From NCBI GenBank assembly GCA_964106645.2, contig OZ067044.1: a stretch of DNA of 64,000 bases; one strand, 5' to 3'. The notes below the pieces were generated by a model that did no database searches, was not told the origin of the DNA, and saw only the letters and a program-made list of their open reading frames with translations. Source of the stretch: Podarcis pityusensis. Its lineage: Eukaryota. The position numbers were made by a program, and so were the translations under genes. Shown in pieces: positions 13,447-26,642 of the stretch; the first letter of the stretch is position 1; every line of letters starts with the position of its first letter.

Positions 13447-14844
13447 TATACATATCTACTCAGAATTAAATCACATTAAGTATAATGGGACACCTAGCTA
13501 TTGGATTGTAGTGCTTGTGTTTATATGCATCCATTTACATACACACGTACTGAAAACAAGATACATCTGTCGCTATCCATCTATTTTATGTATGTGGCAG
13601 CCCCAACTAGTATTGCCAAAGGTCAGGGATGATGGGAGTTATAGCCCAAAATATCTGAAGGCTGAGGAAGGCTGATCTAGGAACTTAGGAGAGCAAGTTG
13701 AACCACCTACAACAACTAGTTTAACTAGGTAAAAAAAGGGACAGTGGTTTACAAGGGACAGATCCCAGAAAACTGAAATTCTCCCTAGTAAATTGAGATC
13801 CCCCAGTTGTTGGAGGAAAGGGAGTGGCACTTCTGTCTTGGTTTGTTTTTGAAATAATCTGAAACACTTTTGTTTGTGGTATATTGCTCGTGATGACATT
13901 GTGCATGTTTACTATTGCTTATTTACTATTTTTAAATTCCCAAATACTTCAAACATGACTTAAAGGCAAGGAGGAGCCAGGGTCCTGGCAGAATGATTCA
14001 TTATTCCGAACAAAAGTGGTGAAGTTGACTTATGGTTAATGGAACGAAAACAACCCAGCGGGGGCCTCCGTGATTTTGTTATGCCAAAAGGAAAGGGTGA
14101 GATTGATTGCACTCCTGAGCCAGGAATAATAGAAAAGCTCCCTTCTACATCGCATCACTTCTACAAACAGCTCCAGTATTTGTTTTGATTATTCACTAAT
14201 TTGGCCTTTAGTAGAAAGCCATTGTGTAAGTAAAACATTGGTCATAAGGAAAGGGATCAGCTTTGTGATTACTGTCGTATGTAACCAGAAAGTACAGTAG
14301 TACATTCAAAGCAGGAATGTCACCATGGCCTATCATAAAGACCTGGTTTTGTTAATGAAGTGCTGACTTAATTTCTTCATTATGACATGGGTGAAAACTG
14401 CCACATCTGGAGTAAATAATAATTATTAAAGAGTACAGAACCCAAGTCCTTCATTTCATGTAAGAAATGTTCATATGATTTTGGAGAATGAAATGCTTTG
14501 ATCAAATGCATGATTCTATCCAGATTCTTTCAGTGTGCTGTGTTATCAATGCTCCCATGCACTTATGTGCATTAATCAAGTGTTGGGTAGAGGGAGAGAA
14601 AATTTAATCTTATTTTGCATGCAGTTATATCAAGACTCTTTTGTATTACCACTTTCAGGTGCATCAGCCAAAAGCTTCACACACAAAAAAGAATCTGGAC
14701 AGAAATATATATCATCCAAGACCTGGGGGAAGGCAGTTTTATATATATTTGCATATATATAGGTGATGTAGGGAAGGGAGTGGATGCAAATGAAATGGAG
14801 GTAAAGGCAGCTGCAGCAAACTCTGCATGCTCCAGTTTCTATTG

Positions 14845-14881
14845 CTCTATTCTATTCTATTCTATTCTATTCTATTCTATT
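14845..14881. repeat. (CTATT)n microsatellite
   Basis: Directly visible. Confidence 0.9.
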
Positions 14882-17800
14882 TTTATACATTATCCTAGTT
14901 GATTAGGATGGATGGTGCAGAGAAAACAAGTTTCCTCCTTAGCTTTAAAGGAGCAGTGGGTAGTCTACAACTTTTTGCCTTTACCTCTTCTGAAGTGGGC
15001 TGGACTTATATATTTGAAGCAGATGAGAGGCAGAGATTGCACATGTGAGAGTGGAGACTGAAAGCTCATGGAAAGGAAATTTATTTGTATATGCGGAAAG
15101 GAAAAGACTGATGCTCTGAATGTTATAGGGGAAGCAGCAATGGAATATCTGTTGGAGAAAGCAAATGCATTTCCTTCTCCTGAATTTCTAATGGATGCAT
15201 GTGTTACTTTAAACCACAAGAGGGCAACACTTGCTTGTGGGCTTTGCTTCATCTAAGTTAACTCCACCCCTAAAATCTGAGCCTTTTTTTTTTGTTCTCT
15301 CCAGATGAGATGTCTCCTACTTTCTCTCATCTCCACTCATCCTGTAAATAGTTCTTGCATGAATAAAGCCTTTGAACTCCATAAACTGTAAGTGATTACT
15401 ATAATCTAATTCAAGCTGCATGGTCTTATAACAATATCAGTTAAGGCACCCTTCCTCAGCTAGAAGCCCACCTGTTTTGGACTGCAGGTTCCACTTCACC
15501 CAGGCAGCATGGCCATGCCAGAATTTGTAAACCAAAACAGCTGGAGAACACCAGGTTAGGGGTGGTTGAGCTAAACAAAGTCTGAATCAGTCCAACTCCA
15601 TTGCCATTGGCCCTCAGATTATACAAAGCCTTGAAACTGCTTGCAAGAAAAGGTCGTGTGCCTTAGTTTGCTCACCCTAACCAAGATAAATGTTCAGTAT
15701 CTAGGCCCAAACTACACAGAGTGGAGTGGGATCATGCACACCAGCCATGCCTCCCACTTGCCAAGTAGTCAGTTTCATCCATGTGACAGGAAGCCCTGTG
15801 TGCACTTCTTTCTCACTGATATCAGGCACATGGCACAGGAGGGGCAGGTGATAGGTGTGCACTAGCATGCAAGGGACATGTCTGGCAGGCCTGATCATCA
15901 TCCTCCATCAGGTTACATGCAAATGTAATGTATAATAACAAGGGAAATACCACATTCAGTTAAAGCCATCAGTAATTGAGATGGGAAGGTTGAAGATCAT
16001 GGTTTTGTTTTGTTTTTTAGCCTTCTGGTGAGCATTATATGCATTTGTGTGTAACTTGTAGTTTGAGGCGTAGTTTCCTGAAGAAGGAAAAGCTTTGGTT
16101 TTCATTTTGTCTTAACAAAACACTTTAATCAAAAAACATTGCAAGTCATTTTATTAGCCTTGTTTCCTAGTTCCTAGTTCTTGTTTCCGCCGTCCAGCAG
16201 TTCACAAGAGTGAGCTAGCTAGCATTAAAACTCCAAAATATATTTTTTTATTGCCAAACATGTAATGCAACAGAATTTGATGTAGTGTAGTAAAATAAAG
16301 GCTGCACTCTCATAAATCTGTGACTGTGGGTTTACCAGGCGACTTGATTTCATGGGTTCAGTGATGTTGAGACCCACTTCCGAAGTCCAGTCAGGAAGGA
16401 AGTCTGCAGGGACACCCTTTCTGAGAGCGCAAGACTTTTTCATGTTATGTCTATTCTTTGGGAACAAGGGTCCGGATGTTTAGGGGACTGCTTTGAAAAG
16501 AAATATTATTTCAGACTGAGATTATTAGGGGAAAGAGAGGAAGAACTTCAACACTGTGTGCCAAGTTCAGTAGACCCTTTTGCCATGTAAATGTGCTTAG
16601 GTTTGTGATGTAAGGATGAAGACAGATGTCACATTTAAGACCTGTGCGAAGTGGAAGTATCATCATCAAACCACATTTGCTGCATTTCAGTATAGCTGTT
16701 TCCAGAATGGTGTGTTCAAACAACTTTCCCGTATTTAGAATTTTATGTCTGGCTTCACTCTAATGCAGACAAACCTAAATAGAAACCTTGAAGAAGACCA
16801 CACAAGGAGCCCAGCATGCAGTATGTATTAGAAAATTCAAATCGTAGACCTGAAACATTGAATCTGAAGCATTGTTTCCTGGAAATGGTAGTCATTAACA
16901 CCCCAGCACTAGACACAATGTGCAATGCATGCTTGGAGAAACATCTGTTTGCTAGCCTCTTTTCGGTGGGGGGGGGGGGGGGAGATTCAAAGCAAGGGCA
17001 GTAATATCATTGTCCATATGGCAGCTTCACCTCCCAACATATCCTTTCCATTTGTTGCTGTTACATTATTGTAACTTATTCTTCAATATTTAATGAACAG
17101 CATCTTGGCTTTTAAAAGATGAATAATTCAAAGGTATGGAGAGATGCTAAGAGCTTTGTTGGCCCTCTGAAAATGGCATATCCCTAATCACATTATATTT
17201 GCTTTGTTTCATTGATATTTTTTAACGTGTTGATAGGTGGGGAAATGTATAGAAAAGTGGAGCATAAGAGGAAGATCACTAGTTTTCTGTTGCTTTCCTG
17301 TTGATTTTTAAAAAGTTCCCTCAGGATGTTTTTGGACTACAAATCCCATAATCCCTGACCATTGAGGGTAAAGGAGCTGTACCCAACAACATCCAAGTGG
17401 GGAAACAAGCTGGAGTCTTATCCCTGGTTTCCTTGAAGTAAGCAGCATTGAACTCAATTGAACTTATTTCTTTTTATTATTATTCACATTTATTAATTTG
17501 ATTTATATCCCATGCTTTCTCCTGAAGGAGTCCATGTACAGGATTGTGTTCTTAATGCATTCATGCATTTAACTTCACATCTGGCCTTTAGCCACATAAA
17601 TTTTTAGCTTCTGAAAAGGGAACTACCTTTATAGTTTGTCCAGGGGAAGGTTTTTGTTAACCTTTTTCTTGAAAATTTCTTGAAAAATTCCACTTTCTGT
17701 CATTCATAGTGATAGATCAACAGGCATCCCACTGAATATTAATATCTCCCTTTCTCCCTCAATATTTGTGTCTCACTTTCCCTTTTGCATCCCCCCATTT

Positions 17801-19814
17801 CAGGCATTTCCATGCTTTCCTGAACGGATATGCCTGTGAAACATAAACTCTGCTTATGTTGATTGTGTATCTTATCTAGCACATGTTCCTCATGGCTGTA
17901 GTTGTAATGTTATAGAAACAGAATGCATTTGTTTTGAGAAAACGTATTGCCTGCAGTAAGTGAGCCTGCATTTATACTTAGTAATTTATTTAATTACTGT
18001 TACTAAAACTGGCGACATGTTTACTGCTCATTTTATCATTTGCTCTTTTTATCATTACCACTTGTTACGTAATGGAGAACTTATTTGTATCAGAAAAATC
18101 TGTGCAACTGCAAGGATCCATTTAAGAGGTTGGGGTAGTTCTTTTTTGTTTGTTTGTTTGTTTGGAGGCACCACTGGGATGGTTGGGGTAGTTCTAATCT
18201 TTAATAACAATTTTAAAAGTTAAGACTCCAATCCTATGCATGCTTCCCAGGGAGAAAGTAAATGGGGCTTAATTGTGAGTAGAATGCATTGCACATGTTT
18301 CTAATATGTATTTATGCATGTTATTGCTATTGTACATTTATGAAATACATTGTGAGCATCAAGGTTCTGTTGACTCAAATCTGTTCACCAAGAATACATG
18401 TATTCTGGCCTCCCTAGGGCAACAGGATCCCCAAATTCATTTCTTAAGAAATATGGGTAATCTGGTTTCCAGAATGGTTACCGTATGGAGACTCAGAGAT
18501 TTTCTTACATGGTATATCAGGAAAACAGAAGAGATAACTTTCAGAAAATTAAGAAGGTGTTCCATCATTCATAGGCCTAGGTAAGGGGAATTCCACAGCG
18601 GAAGTGGGATAGCACACACAATTGCAAGCAATTTTGCAGTTATGTATGCAAGAATATGTGAATAGAACAACTGGAACCATTTTGTGATAGCCAGTGATAC
18701 CATGCATATGTTAAAATATTTACATGAATAAAAGGGCATTGACCCACACTGTAGTTCTGTTAAATGGAGGGGGGGAATGCAGATAAGAGGCAGCTAGGAC
18801 ATTAAGCAAATTTTTTTTTTCTTTTTAAAAAATGAAACAAGTATTCAATGGCTACTACCTCAGCTCACTTTTGATTGTGGATTGTAATGCTAAACAGGAT
18901 TCTTGGAGTGGGTCTCTGGAATTTCCCTTGTTAAACTTCATAATTTCTCCCATCCACTCTAAAAAAGCATTAATCTTTCCTAGCTGAAACAGGGAGCAAA
19001 AAATGGTGCACTACCCATTAAAAGTAATCCAACCCTCAGAGAGAAGAGATCTCGGTGACTCCATCTGTATAGCCTGAAAACAAAGCAGCACATCTAATGC
19101 ATAGACCACCAAGATAATTCATTGCTCATATGGGAGCCACTATACCCATGCATTAAAAGGTAATTTCCTCCAACATGATGGAAATGTTTTCATAAGAATT
19201 GAGCAGATGTTCACAGATCAGGCAATTTTAATGTAAATGTAAAGCTGGGTTTGTTTGTTTGATTTGGTGGTGGTTGCTTTTTTTTAAAAGAATTTTTTAT
19301 TATTTCATTTGGGTCACTTTATTAATACAAAATACCACAGGCACTCTGAAACAGCAAATGGAAAAAATTATTCCTTTTGCCCCCCAAGAATGAGGGGGAT
19401 ATGGCACTTAATGAAGTTAGAAGGAAGTGGCAATTTGATTCTCAATCTCAGAGGGCAGATATATACAACAAAAAGCATGTGTTTTACTTAGGGCCTTCCA
19501 GGACATATCCTTTATACTGTGTGCCTTACTATTTTGGGTGTATGTGCTGCCTATCCTGTCCCTCATTGCCAGGCAAAGAGCTTAAATGCCCAGCTCTGTT
19601 TCTGCCCAAGGTGTTAATGCATAGATCTAATTGGTACATAGAGAAGGCACAGGTTACAGAATGTGGAAGGTACATAAGAGGTATAGACACATGGCTATGC
19701 ACAAGCAACGCTTTCCCTGAACCTTCCTTTTGAAGGGCAAGTGAACTAGGCAAGCAAAAGGCTTGCTATTTGGGACTTTTCCTCCTGTTTACTCCAAAGG
19801 CTTAAAAAAGTTGG

Positions 19815-20905
19815 CCAGGTATGGCAATGTGGGCTTGAGTGAGCACATCTTTGTTTGGGACTCTGTCATGCCATGTGATACCTAAAGTCTTCCAGATGCA
19901 GCACATGTGGAAGGCGTTGAGGCCTCGCTTCCATAAAGCAGTGTGCTGAACAGGCAAGCCTTGGTAGACCTTCATTCTTCCATACCCTTTTGGAGAGGCA
20001 AGCTAAAGCCATAGCTGCCTTTCTAATAATGCTTGTCTAGCTCAGCGTCAATGGAGAGGTTGCTGGTTATGGTGGAATCTAGGCAGACAAAATAGTCTAC
20101 CACCTCAAGCATGTGGTCACCAGTGCTGATTCATTGAGTGCTGGTGACGTCCTGACCCAGGATGATGGCCTTCATCAGGCTGATGGTAACTCCCTGCAGG
20201 CTTGGGCAAAACAGTTGATGAGTCTCTGTAGATTTGGGCTGCACTGTCACGGCTGTGTCATCTGCAAACAACATCTCTCAGATAAGAAACCACCACAGTT
20301 TTGTCTTGGTGTGGGGACATGCCAAGTTGAACAGACGCCTGTCACTCCTCAAATGGAAGTACGGTGGTACCTCGAGCTACAAATGCCTCAGGTTACAAAC
20401 GCTTCAGGTTACAAACTACGCTAACCTGGAAGAGTTACCTCGAGTTGAGAACTTTGCCCCAGGATGAGAACAGAAATTGTGTGCTGGTGGTGCAGCGGCA
20501 GCAAGAGGCCCCACTAGCAAAAGCACGCCTCTAGTTAAGAACAGTTTCAGGTTAAGAATGGACCTCCAGAACGAATTAAATTCGTAACTAGAGGTACCAC
20601 TGAACACACTGTCTTCAGTTGAGCTGAAGGTATATGAGACCACTAGGGAGAAGAATATGCCAAATAGAGTTGGGGTGAGGACACAGACCTGTTTCACACC
20701 GCTCTTTATGGGGAAGGCGTCCGAGGATGAGCTATCTACTGGACAGTGCCGCACATGTTCTCATGCAAGAACACCGTCACATTGTGAAGCTTAGGGGCAT
20801 CTCTGCTCTCAGCATTTCTCCTGCAGCTGGCACAGTGAGAAAATCATGTTGACGGTTGACTTCTAAAGCTACATTATGACTCTGGATAGACCCTGTCAGT
20901 GAGTA
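19815..20905 (-). mobile_element. Old RTE-clade LINE reverse-transcriptase fragment, interrupted by a MITE
   Basis: Minus strand encodes DAFPIKSGVKQVCVLTPTLFGIFFS, EMLFADD and GITWHDRVPNKDVL, which are RTE RT/C-terminal motifs; many stops and frameshifts. Confidence 0.8.
20362..20602. mobile_element. Tigger/pogo-like MITE (CAGTGGTACCTC TIR), copy 1
   Basis: TA|CGGTGGTACCTC ... GAGGTACCACTG, inserted in the RTE relic. Confidence 0.85.
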
Positions 20906-21029
20906 CTCAGCAGGGGGGTTCCATGGTAGTTGTTATTGTCTTGGTGGTCACCTTTGTTCTTGCAGAGGGTCGAGCATGTCTTTTGGCATAGATCCTTTTT
21001 CCCAACACTGCAAGAGGAGGCCATGGAGG

Positions 21030-21392
21030 GGTGTTACAAAGATGTCTACAAATGAGACATGAAGGTTGGCAACATCAACCCCACCATATGGGAATCCCTT
21101 GCAGACAACCGCAGTGCTTGGAGACCGATGGGCAGGTCTTGCATCTATAGCAGTGACCAAAGGAGGAATGCCTGCTAGGAGGACTGCAGACAGAAGAAAT
21201 GCCATGGTGCTTCTGCAGCAACACAGCTGGATGCCTTCATCTGCCCCAGCTGCAACAAAACATGTCTCTACTTTTTGGACTCTACAGCCACAGCAGGCAC
21301 TGTAACCTTCCAACAGTTGGACTTCACCCACAAAGTATGCCACAAAGGCACACTTCTCTACTGTCTCCCAAGGTAGACGGATGCCAACAACA
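21030..21392 (+). mobile_element. RTE-clade LINE 3' end
   Basis: YKDV.K.DMK...WESLADNRSAWR, a C2H2-like FICPSCNKTC...LYSHSRHC segment, and a terminal GACGGATGCCAACAAC. Confidence 0.75.
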
Positions 21393-22460
21393 GCTGAGTT
21401 GGTTCATAAGAAAGATCAAATTGCTATTGAAGACACAGCATCAGGTTGGCCAGTTAACAACCCTTGCAGCTATTTTGCAGAATAGCCTATAAATAGCTTT
21501 GTGGTTGTTCTGCATGATAAAGCCTCTGATCGGTCCCAAAATATGTAATGATACCGATAGTATTATGTGTGTTGACTAACACAATACACATCTTTGGTTT
21601 TACTGAATGTATTTATTTATGCTCTATACAGGGAAGATTTCATTAAGATCAGTTTGTTCCTCAGTAGGCATTTGAGGACAGTCACTGGCACCCTGACAAC
21701 AAAAGCCTGTCATATGATTCAGAATTTCTTCATTCCACAAGAGGTCAGATAAACAGAGCCTCCCCAGCTCTCCCAAGGGAACATCTAAAGCATCTCCAAG
21801 TCACAACAAACTATGGGTGTTCCTGTACACAATCAAGAGATGTGCAAATAACATTGAGGTCAGCTCATGTTTTAAAAATTCATTCTTAGAGATGCACAAT
21901 GGAGAAATGCTTTATTAATCTGCGGTTGTATTATTTTCCAACCATGGAAAATATCAAAATCTATCAAAATTGTACAAATGTTAACACAGTGACATATTCC
22001 TTAACTATAGCCTGATAAGATCCTGAATGTGTTATAATGTTTCTGCTGAAACCTGAGTCATGATCTTTTGGGGTTTTTGGGGGGGTTTTGCTCAACAATT
22101 CTCATGGTAGAAAATGGAAGGTGGAGAATTTTTCAGGATCAAGTGCACATTAGGCATTATGGGATTCTTTCTTCAGCTGGTGCTTAAAACAAAAACAAAA
22201 AAATGTAGCCGCTTGAGGGAGATGGAAAACAGGGAGAGACTGCTAAGTCCCCTCCCTTTCTATTTTGCAAGCAAAAACCCAGCCTCCTCAAGCTGATGTT
22301 TCTCCCACAATAAAAGGGAACTTACAGGAAATGTGTGCAGACAAAAGCAACACTCTGTTCTTTGGTTAGGCTTTCTTCGCTTCGCTGAATTCTAGCTCCA
22401 TAACTATTTTCAAGTTTTGCAAGTTTGTATTCATTAGAAATTACCTGTTTAATAGGAACG

Positions 22461-22799
22461 TGTTATGTACTGAGTTGAATAGGATCAAAAAGGCAGCAGT
22501 CTGATTGGTCCTAGAACAATAGGATTCAGAATGCAGCAGTCTGATTGGTCCTAGAACAATAGGGTCCAGAATGCAGCAGTCTGATTGGTCTACAGGAGCC
22601 ACCCAAACCAGCTCCAGGTGGAAGTGACTCCGCAATCAGATTGGCCTACAGGTGAATCCTGGAATTAGCCAATCAACGTGGGGCCCATTGTGTAAATAAT
22701 GTATATAAAGCAGACATTCTGGGGGAACTTCCATTCCTCCTCACCACAATGAGCTGAATAAAGAGCATGAAATCCACTCTCGACTCCGAGTATATTTCA
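22461..22799 (+). mobile_element. Solo LTR, 339 bp, with 40-bp tandem CCAAT-box repeats
   Basis: TG...CA termini; 5-bp TSD GAACG (22456-22460, 22800-22804); TATATAAA (~22702); AATAAA (~22757); first 13 nt identical to the LTR at 859. Confidence 0.88.
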
Positions 22800-24140
22800 G
22801 AACGTGTCTACTTAATAGTTACTCATTCTGACTTTTGGTCCACAGCAGCAGATACTGCCCTCCCGAAGTTTTGGATGAAAGCTTCCATAACTCCTAAACA
22901 GGTGGCCTTGGTAGCTGGGGTTGATGGAAGTTGTAGTCCAAAACATCTGAAGGGCACCAAGTTGGGGGAGGTTATTCTAGAGAAACTGGCTATGAATTTA
23001 CTTTCTGTACACTGTAGTCCCTCTGAACTCTATAAAGTTCAGTGGTATTAACAGATACCCTTTTAAGGTTAGACCCAACAGTTTTCTACCCCTAACATAG
23101 AGCCCCAACCTCTGGTCTCCTCTCTTCTAAATTTGGAAGTGATAATTATTTTGCAAAATTTGCTATTAGAATTGCACGTGCTCTTCCCCTGGTATGGCCT
23201 GAATAAAGACTTACTGTAGATTTCTCTTCAGACTCTGTGGCTACTTGTGTTAAGTGGCTTCTCTGAAATAAGATTTTCTTCTTCTGCGAGATCCAGTTCA
23301 GAGCATATGGTTCCACAATTAATGTTTAGCAACAAACACCAATCTGAACTGGCCTGCTTCACAGATTTTTATCTTCAAATTTGGATCACTCAGTACCTTC
23401 AAAGCTCTCCCAACATATGGACAGTCTTGATTTTAACTTAGATGCTGTTTTGCTTTGGGAAGTTTTCAGTCGATTTGAAAAGCCACCAGACAATCTCATG
23501 TCTTATGTTCAGAAATAATTTAGCACCTGAGGTATTTTGCATGTCAAAAAACTTTTACTTATTCATTGAATTTTATTTCTGCATTTTCTAATTTTCTGTA
23601 TTTAACTATGTGTGTTTAAGGCTATTTTGAAACTATTTTGTGTTTTTAAACTATGACAGCCTTGGAGATTTGTTCTCTACAAACTTGTTTGGAACAAGTT
23701 CTGCCTTACTGGCAGTGCTAATTTAATTCACATAATGTAATTGCTTAATATTTAATAGCTTTCTTCCCTGAAATTCTCTGTCATGATATACATTTGCTTG
23801 TCCTTTATTAAAAGAATTTAGAGGTTTATTTATGGTTTAGAATTTTCTTCCCATGTCCTCCAAAATATTTCTCAAAAGCACCTGTAGCATTTTGGTCATC
23901 TTATACGAAATGCAGTACTAAAAGGATAGTATTACAGCGATACTTCAAGTTACAGATGCTTCAGGTTACAGACGCCGCTAACCCAGAAATAGTTCCTCGG
24001 GTTAAGAACTTTGCTTCAGAATGAGAACAGAAATCGTGCTCTGGTGGCGCAGCGGCAGCAGGAGACCCCATTAGCTAAAGTGGTACCTCAGGTTAAGAAC
24101 AGTTTCAGGTTAAGAACGGAACTCCAGAACAAATTTTGTT

Positions 24141-26277
24141 TTTTGTTTTTTTTTAAAAAAAATATTTATTGCTTTTAATAGTTACAAAAAAGTAGAAAAA
24201 AAGAGAAAAAAGAAAAAAAGAAAAAAAAGAAAAAAACAGTACAATATATAAACACTACAAACCCACCCTAAACCCATTAAGCTAAACACATGAACAAAGC
24301 AAGACAAAAACAATTTAAAAAACATCCCTCCTTTTCCATACTCTGTCCTTCATTCCCTTGTTTCCTCGACTTCCTCACACCTCCCTTCTTGTATCCCACT
24401 TCTAGTACTTGTTTCAGCAAATCCTTTCCATCTTTCTCTATTTTCTGTCATATTATGAATAACATATTCTTTAACCTTATTTCCCCTTAACGGTTGGTTA
24501 TTTATATACACCCAACTTCTTATAGCATTTCTGCTAAATCCATAAAATATCATTCCACCATTTTTCTGACAGTCATCACTTTAACAAAATTTCTAAATAA
24601 ACACTTTAAATTTTCCATTAATCTTCCACTATCTCCTCTCCCTGGCTTCGGATTCTGCCAGTCCTTTCCGTCAGTTCCATATAATCCATCAACCTGGTGC
24701 CCTTATATCCGAGGCTCTTAAATCTCTTCCAAGTCCCTTCTGCAGGTCTTCTTCATATTCTTTGATGCTCAGGAGCAAATCTCGGGAAAAATCCAGCCTA
24801 GCAATACTTTTGTTCCTTCTGGACAATTCAGCCAAATTTCCGAAGTTAAAAGTAAAGTCCATAGACTGTTTCAGAACGTATTTCAGGATTCCTCCAATTC
24901 TAGTGACCCCCAAAACTTCAAGCTCCTCCAAGCCCAGGTCCATGTCCCAAAAGTCAGTCAATCCCTGGATAGAGGGTTCTTTCCAACCTTCCTTCTTCAA
25001 TCCAAGCCGGGATCCTAGCCTCAAAATTTGACTTTTGCTAGATTCAGTCATGAAAGACCTCAATTTATAATCCTCAATCTGCTTCTGAGAAATTAAGGAT
25101 CCCGCTTGTACTACTTTTGGTTTCACATCGTCAGCTTTCTCCTTTTTCTCCACCATTTTCACATCATCAGCTTTCTCCTTTTCCTCCACCATTTGTCTAA
25201 CCAAGGTATGTTCCTGTACCAAATCCTGAGTTTTTTCTGTATTGACACTCACTTTTTGATTCAAATTAATCACGTTCTGTTCCAAATTGTCAATTTTAGA
25301 GATCATGTCACCTGTCTTTTTATGGAGCTGTTCCAACGAGTAGCTTATCTTGTATAATACAGTCACAATGGCTTCTCCTATCAACATTTTGAGTGATCCA
25401 AGGTCAGACTCCAATTTTCAGAATCTTATCTTGCAGCTGGAGCTCTCCCTGTTGCACTCCTGTAACAGTTTCACATGCTCCCTCTAGAGGGAAACAGTCT
25501 CCATTTGTATCAATTCTTTCAAGCACGACTCAAGCAAGTAACAAGAGTTTCAATTTTCAGTTACTTTTTCCTCCATTTTTAAACACAGAAGAGGACAATG
25601 GAAACAGCGCCTTTCTTATTTTAGCTAGCTGTCAAATCCGTTCTGTCAATAAACATTCCCCGAACGTCATCTGGCAGCCCTTTTCCAGGTTCCGAGCAGT
25701 GGCAATTTAATTTTGACTCTCTTCTGCAGGCGCACTAAATCCAAAACTTCCCCTCTCTTCTGCTTCCAAGAGGGGTTGTGTATTTTTGTCTGGTGGGAAT
25801 TTAATCCTTTATCAAAAGCTTTCAAAGACTTTAGCTTGTAACGTCTTTGCTTCAATCTATTTACAAAACGGGAGGCGGACTTCCTGTTTAGAACCTTCCC
25901 GCTTCAGCGCCAAATTAAAGTGTTTCAAGATCCAATTCTCCGTTCTACTCACGGGTAGTCGTTTAAAATCCAATTGTCCACAGGAAAAAGTCAGCGCTCT
26001 CCGGCAACAGCAATGCGGCTTCACTCCGTGAAAGAAGCGGTTGATTCAAAGCACCGCGCCGCTCACCCCACGTCGCTCCGGATCCCCAAAACAGGGTTTC
26101 CCCGCGAGTAGGGGAGGCGCAAAGGTGCCAGCCGAATCCCAGGTTCACAGGCTTCTCCCGCCTGTGATTTCTATGGGTCTCCGCCTTCACTGTGGCAGTC
26201 AGACCCTGCTTTTCACGGAGCAAATTCCTCCCGATCGGAGGAATTCAGCCATTGCTGGAGGTGCCTTCCCGGAAGTC
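24141..26277 (-). mobile_element. Non-autonomous L1 derivative (5'UTR + ORF1-like + ORF2 tip + 3'UTR + polyA)
   Basis: 17-bp TSD CCAGAACAAATTTTGTT (24124-24140, 26278-26294). CpG-containing 5' end starting GGACTTCCGGGAAGG. 3' end homologous to the L1 at 50993-52141. Confidence 0.85.
24689..25414 (-). CDS. L1 ORF1-like reading frame (coiled coil plus diverged downstream domain); 5' part frameshifted
   Basis: 241 open codons with heptad-like ISKIDNLEQNVINLNQKV. The upstream frame QQGELQLQDKILK joins via a 1-nt frameshift. 36-bp internal duplication (VEEKEKADDVK/VEKKEKADDVK). Confidence 0.55.
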   Translation of the reverse strand: MESDLGSLKMLIGEAIVTVLYKISYSLEQLHKKTGDMISKIDNLEQNVINLNQKVSVNTEKTQDLVQEHTLVRQMVEEKEKADDVKMVEKKEKADDVKPKVVQAGSLISQKQIEDYKLRSFMTESSKSQILRLGSRLGLKKEGWKEPSIQGLTDFWDMDLGLEELEVLGVTRIGGILKYVLKQSMDFTFNFGNLAELSRRNKSIARLDFSRDLLLSIKEYEEDLQKGLGRDLRASDIRAPG

Positions 26278-26642
26278 CCAGAACAAATTTTGTTCTTAAC
26301 CCGAGGTACCACTGTATATCCATGTCGCAGTGTGTTTTAGATTACATAATTCTAAACAAATGTAATTTAGATATAAGTCCAATATCACCTGTATATGAGA
26401 TCTCATGTTCTGCAGATGTACTGCAGACTTCTGATACATTCCATGTGCAATGGTCGTTACACTTTGACACACAAAGCTCAATAGCTGCTTTGTACATGCT
26501 GGAACTATTGGATGTTTTCAGTGCCTTTTGGGGTCAGGGAGAGAAGCCCCCAAATTTGTTGTTTTTTGTTTTTTGAAAAATAAGAGATCGTGGTGCAGCT
26601 GAGCTAACCAGCATGGAGAATTAATTATACAATGAAACTTTC

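Larger units (their letters stand above)
23935..26314. mobile_element. Tigger/pogo-like MITE copy 2, split by the L1-derived insertion
   Basis: Left part 23935-24140; right TIR GAGGTACCACTG|TA at 26303-26316. Confidence 0.85.

Noticed and set aside
22493-22592. Regularly spaced repeats resembling a CRISPR array
   Set aside because: The intervening sequences are near-identical (true tandem repeat), it lies inside an LTR, and the context is eukaryotic with no cas genes.
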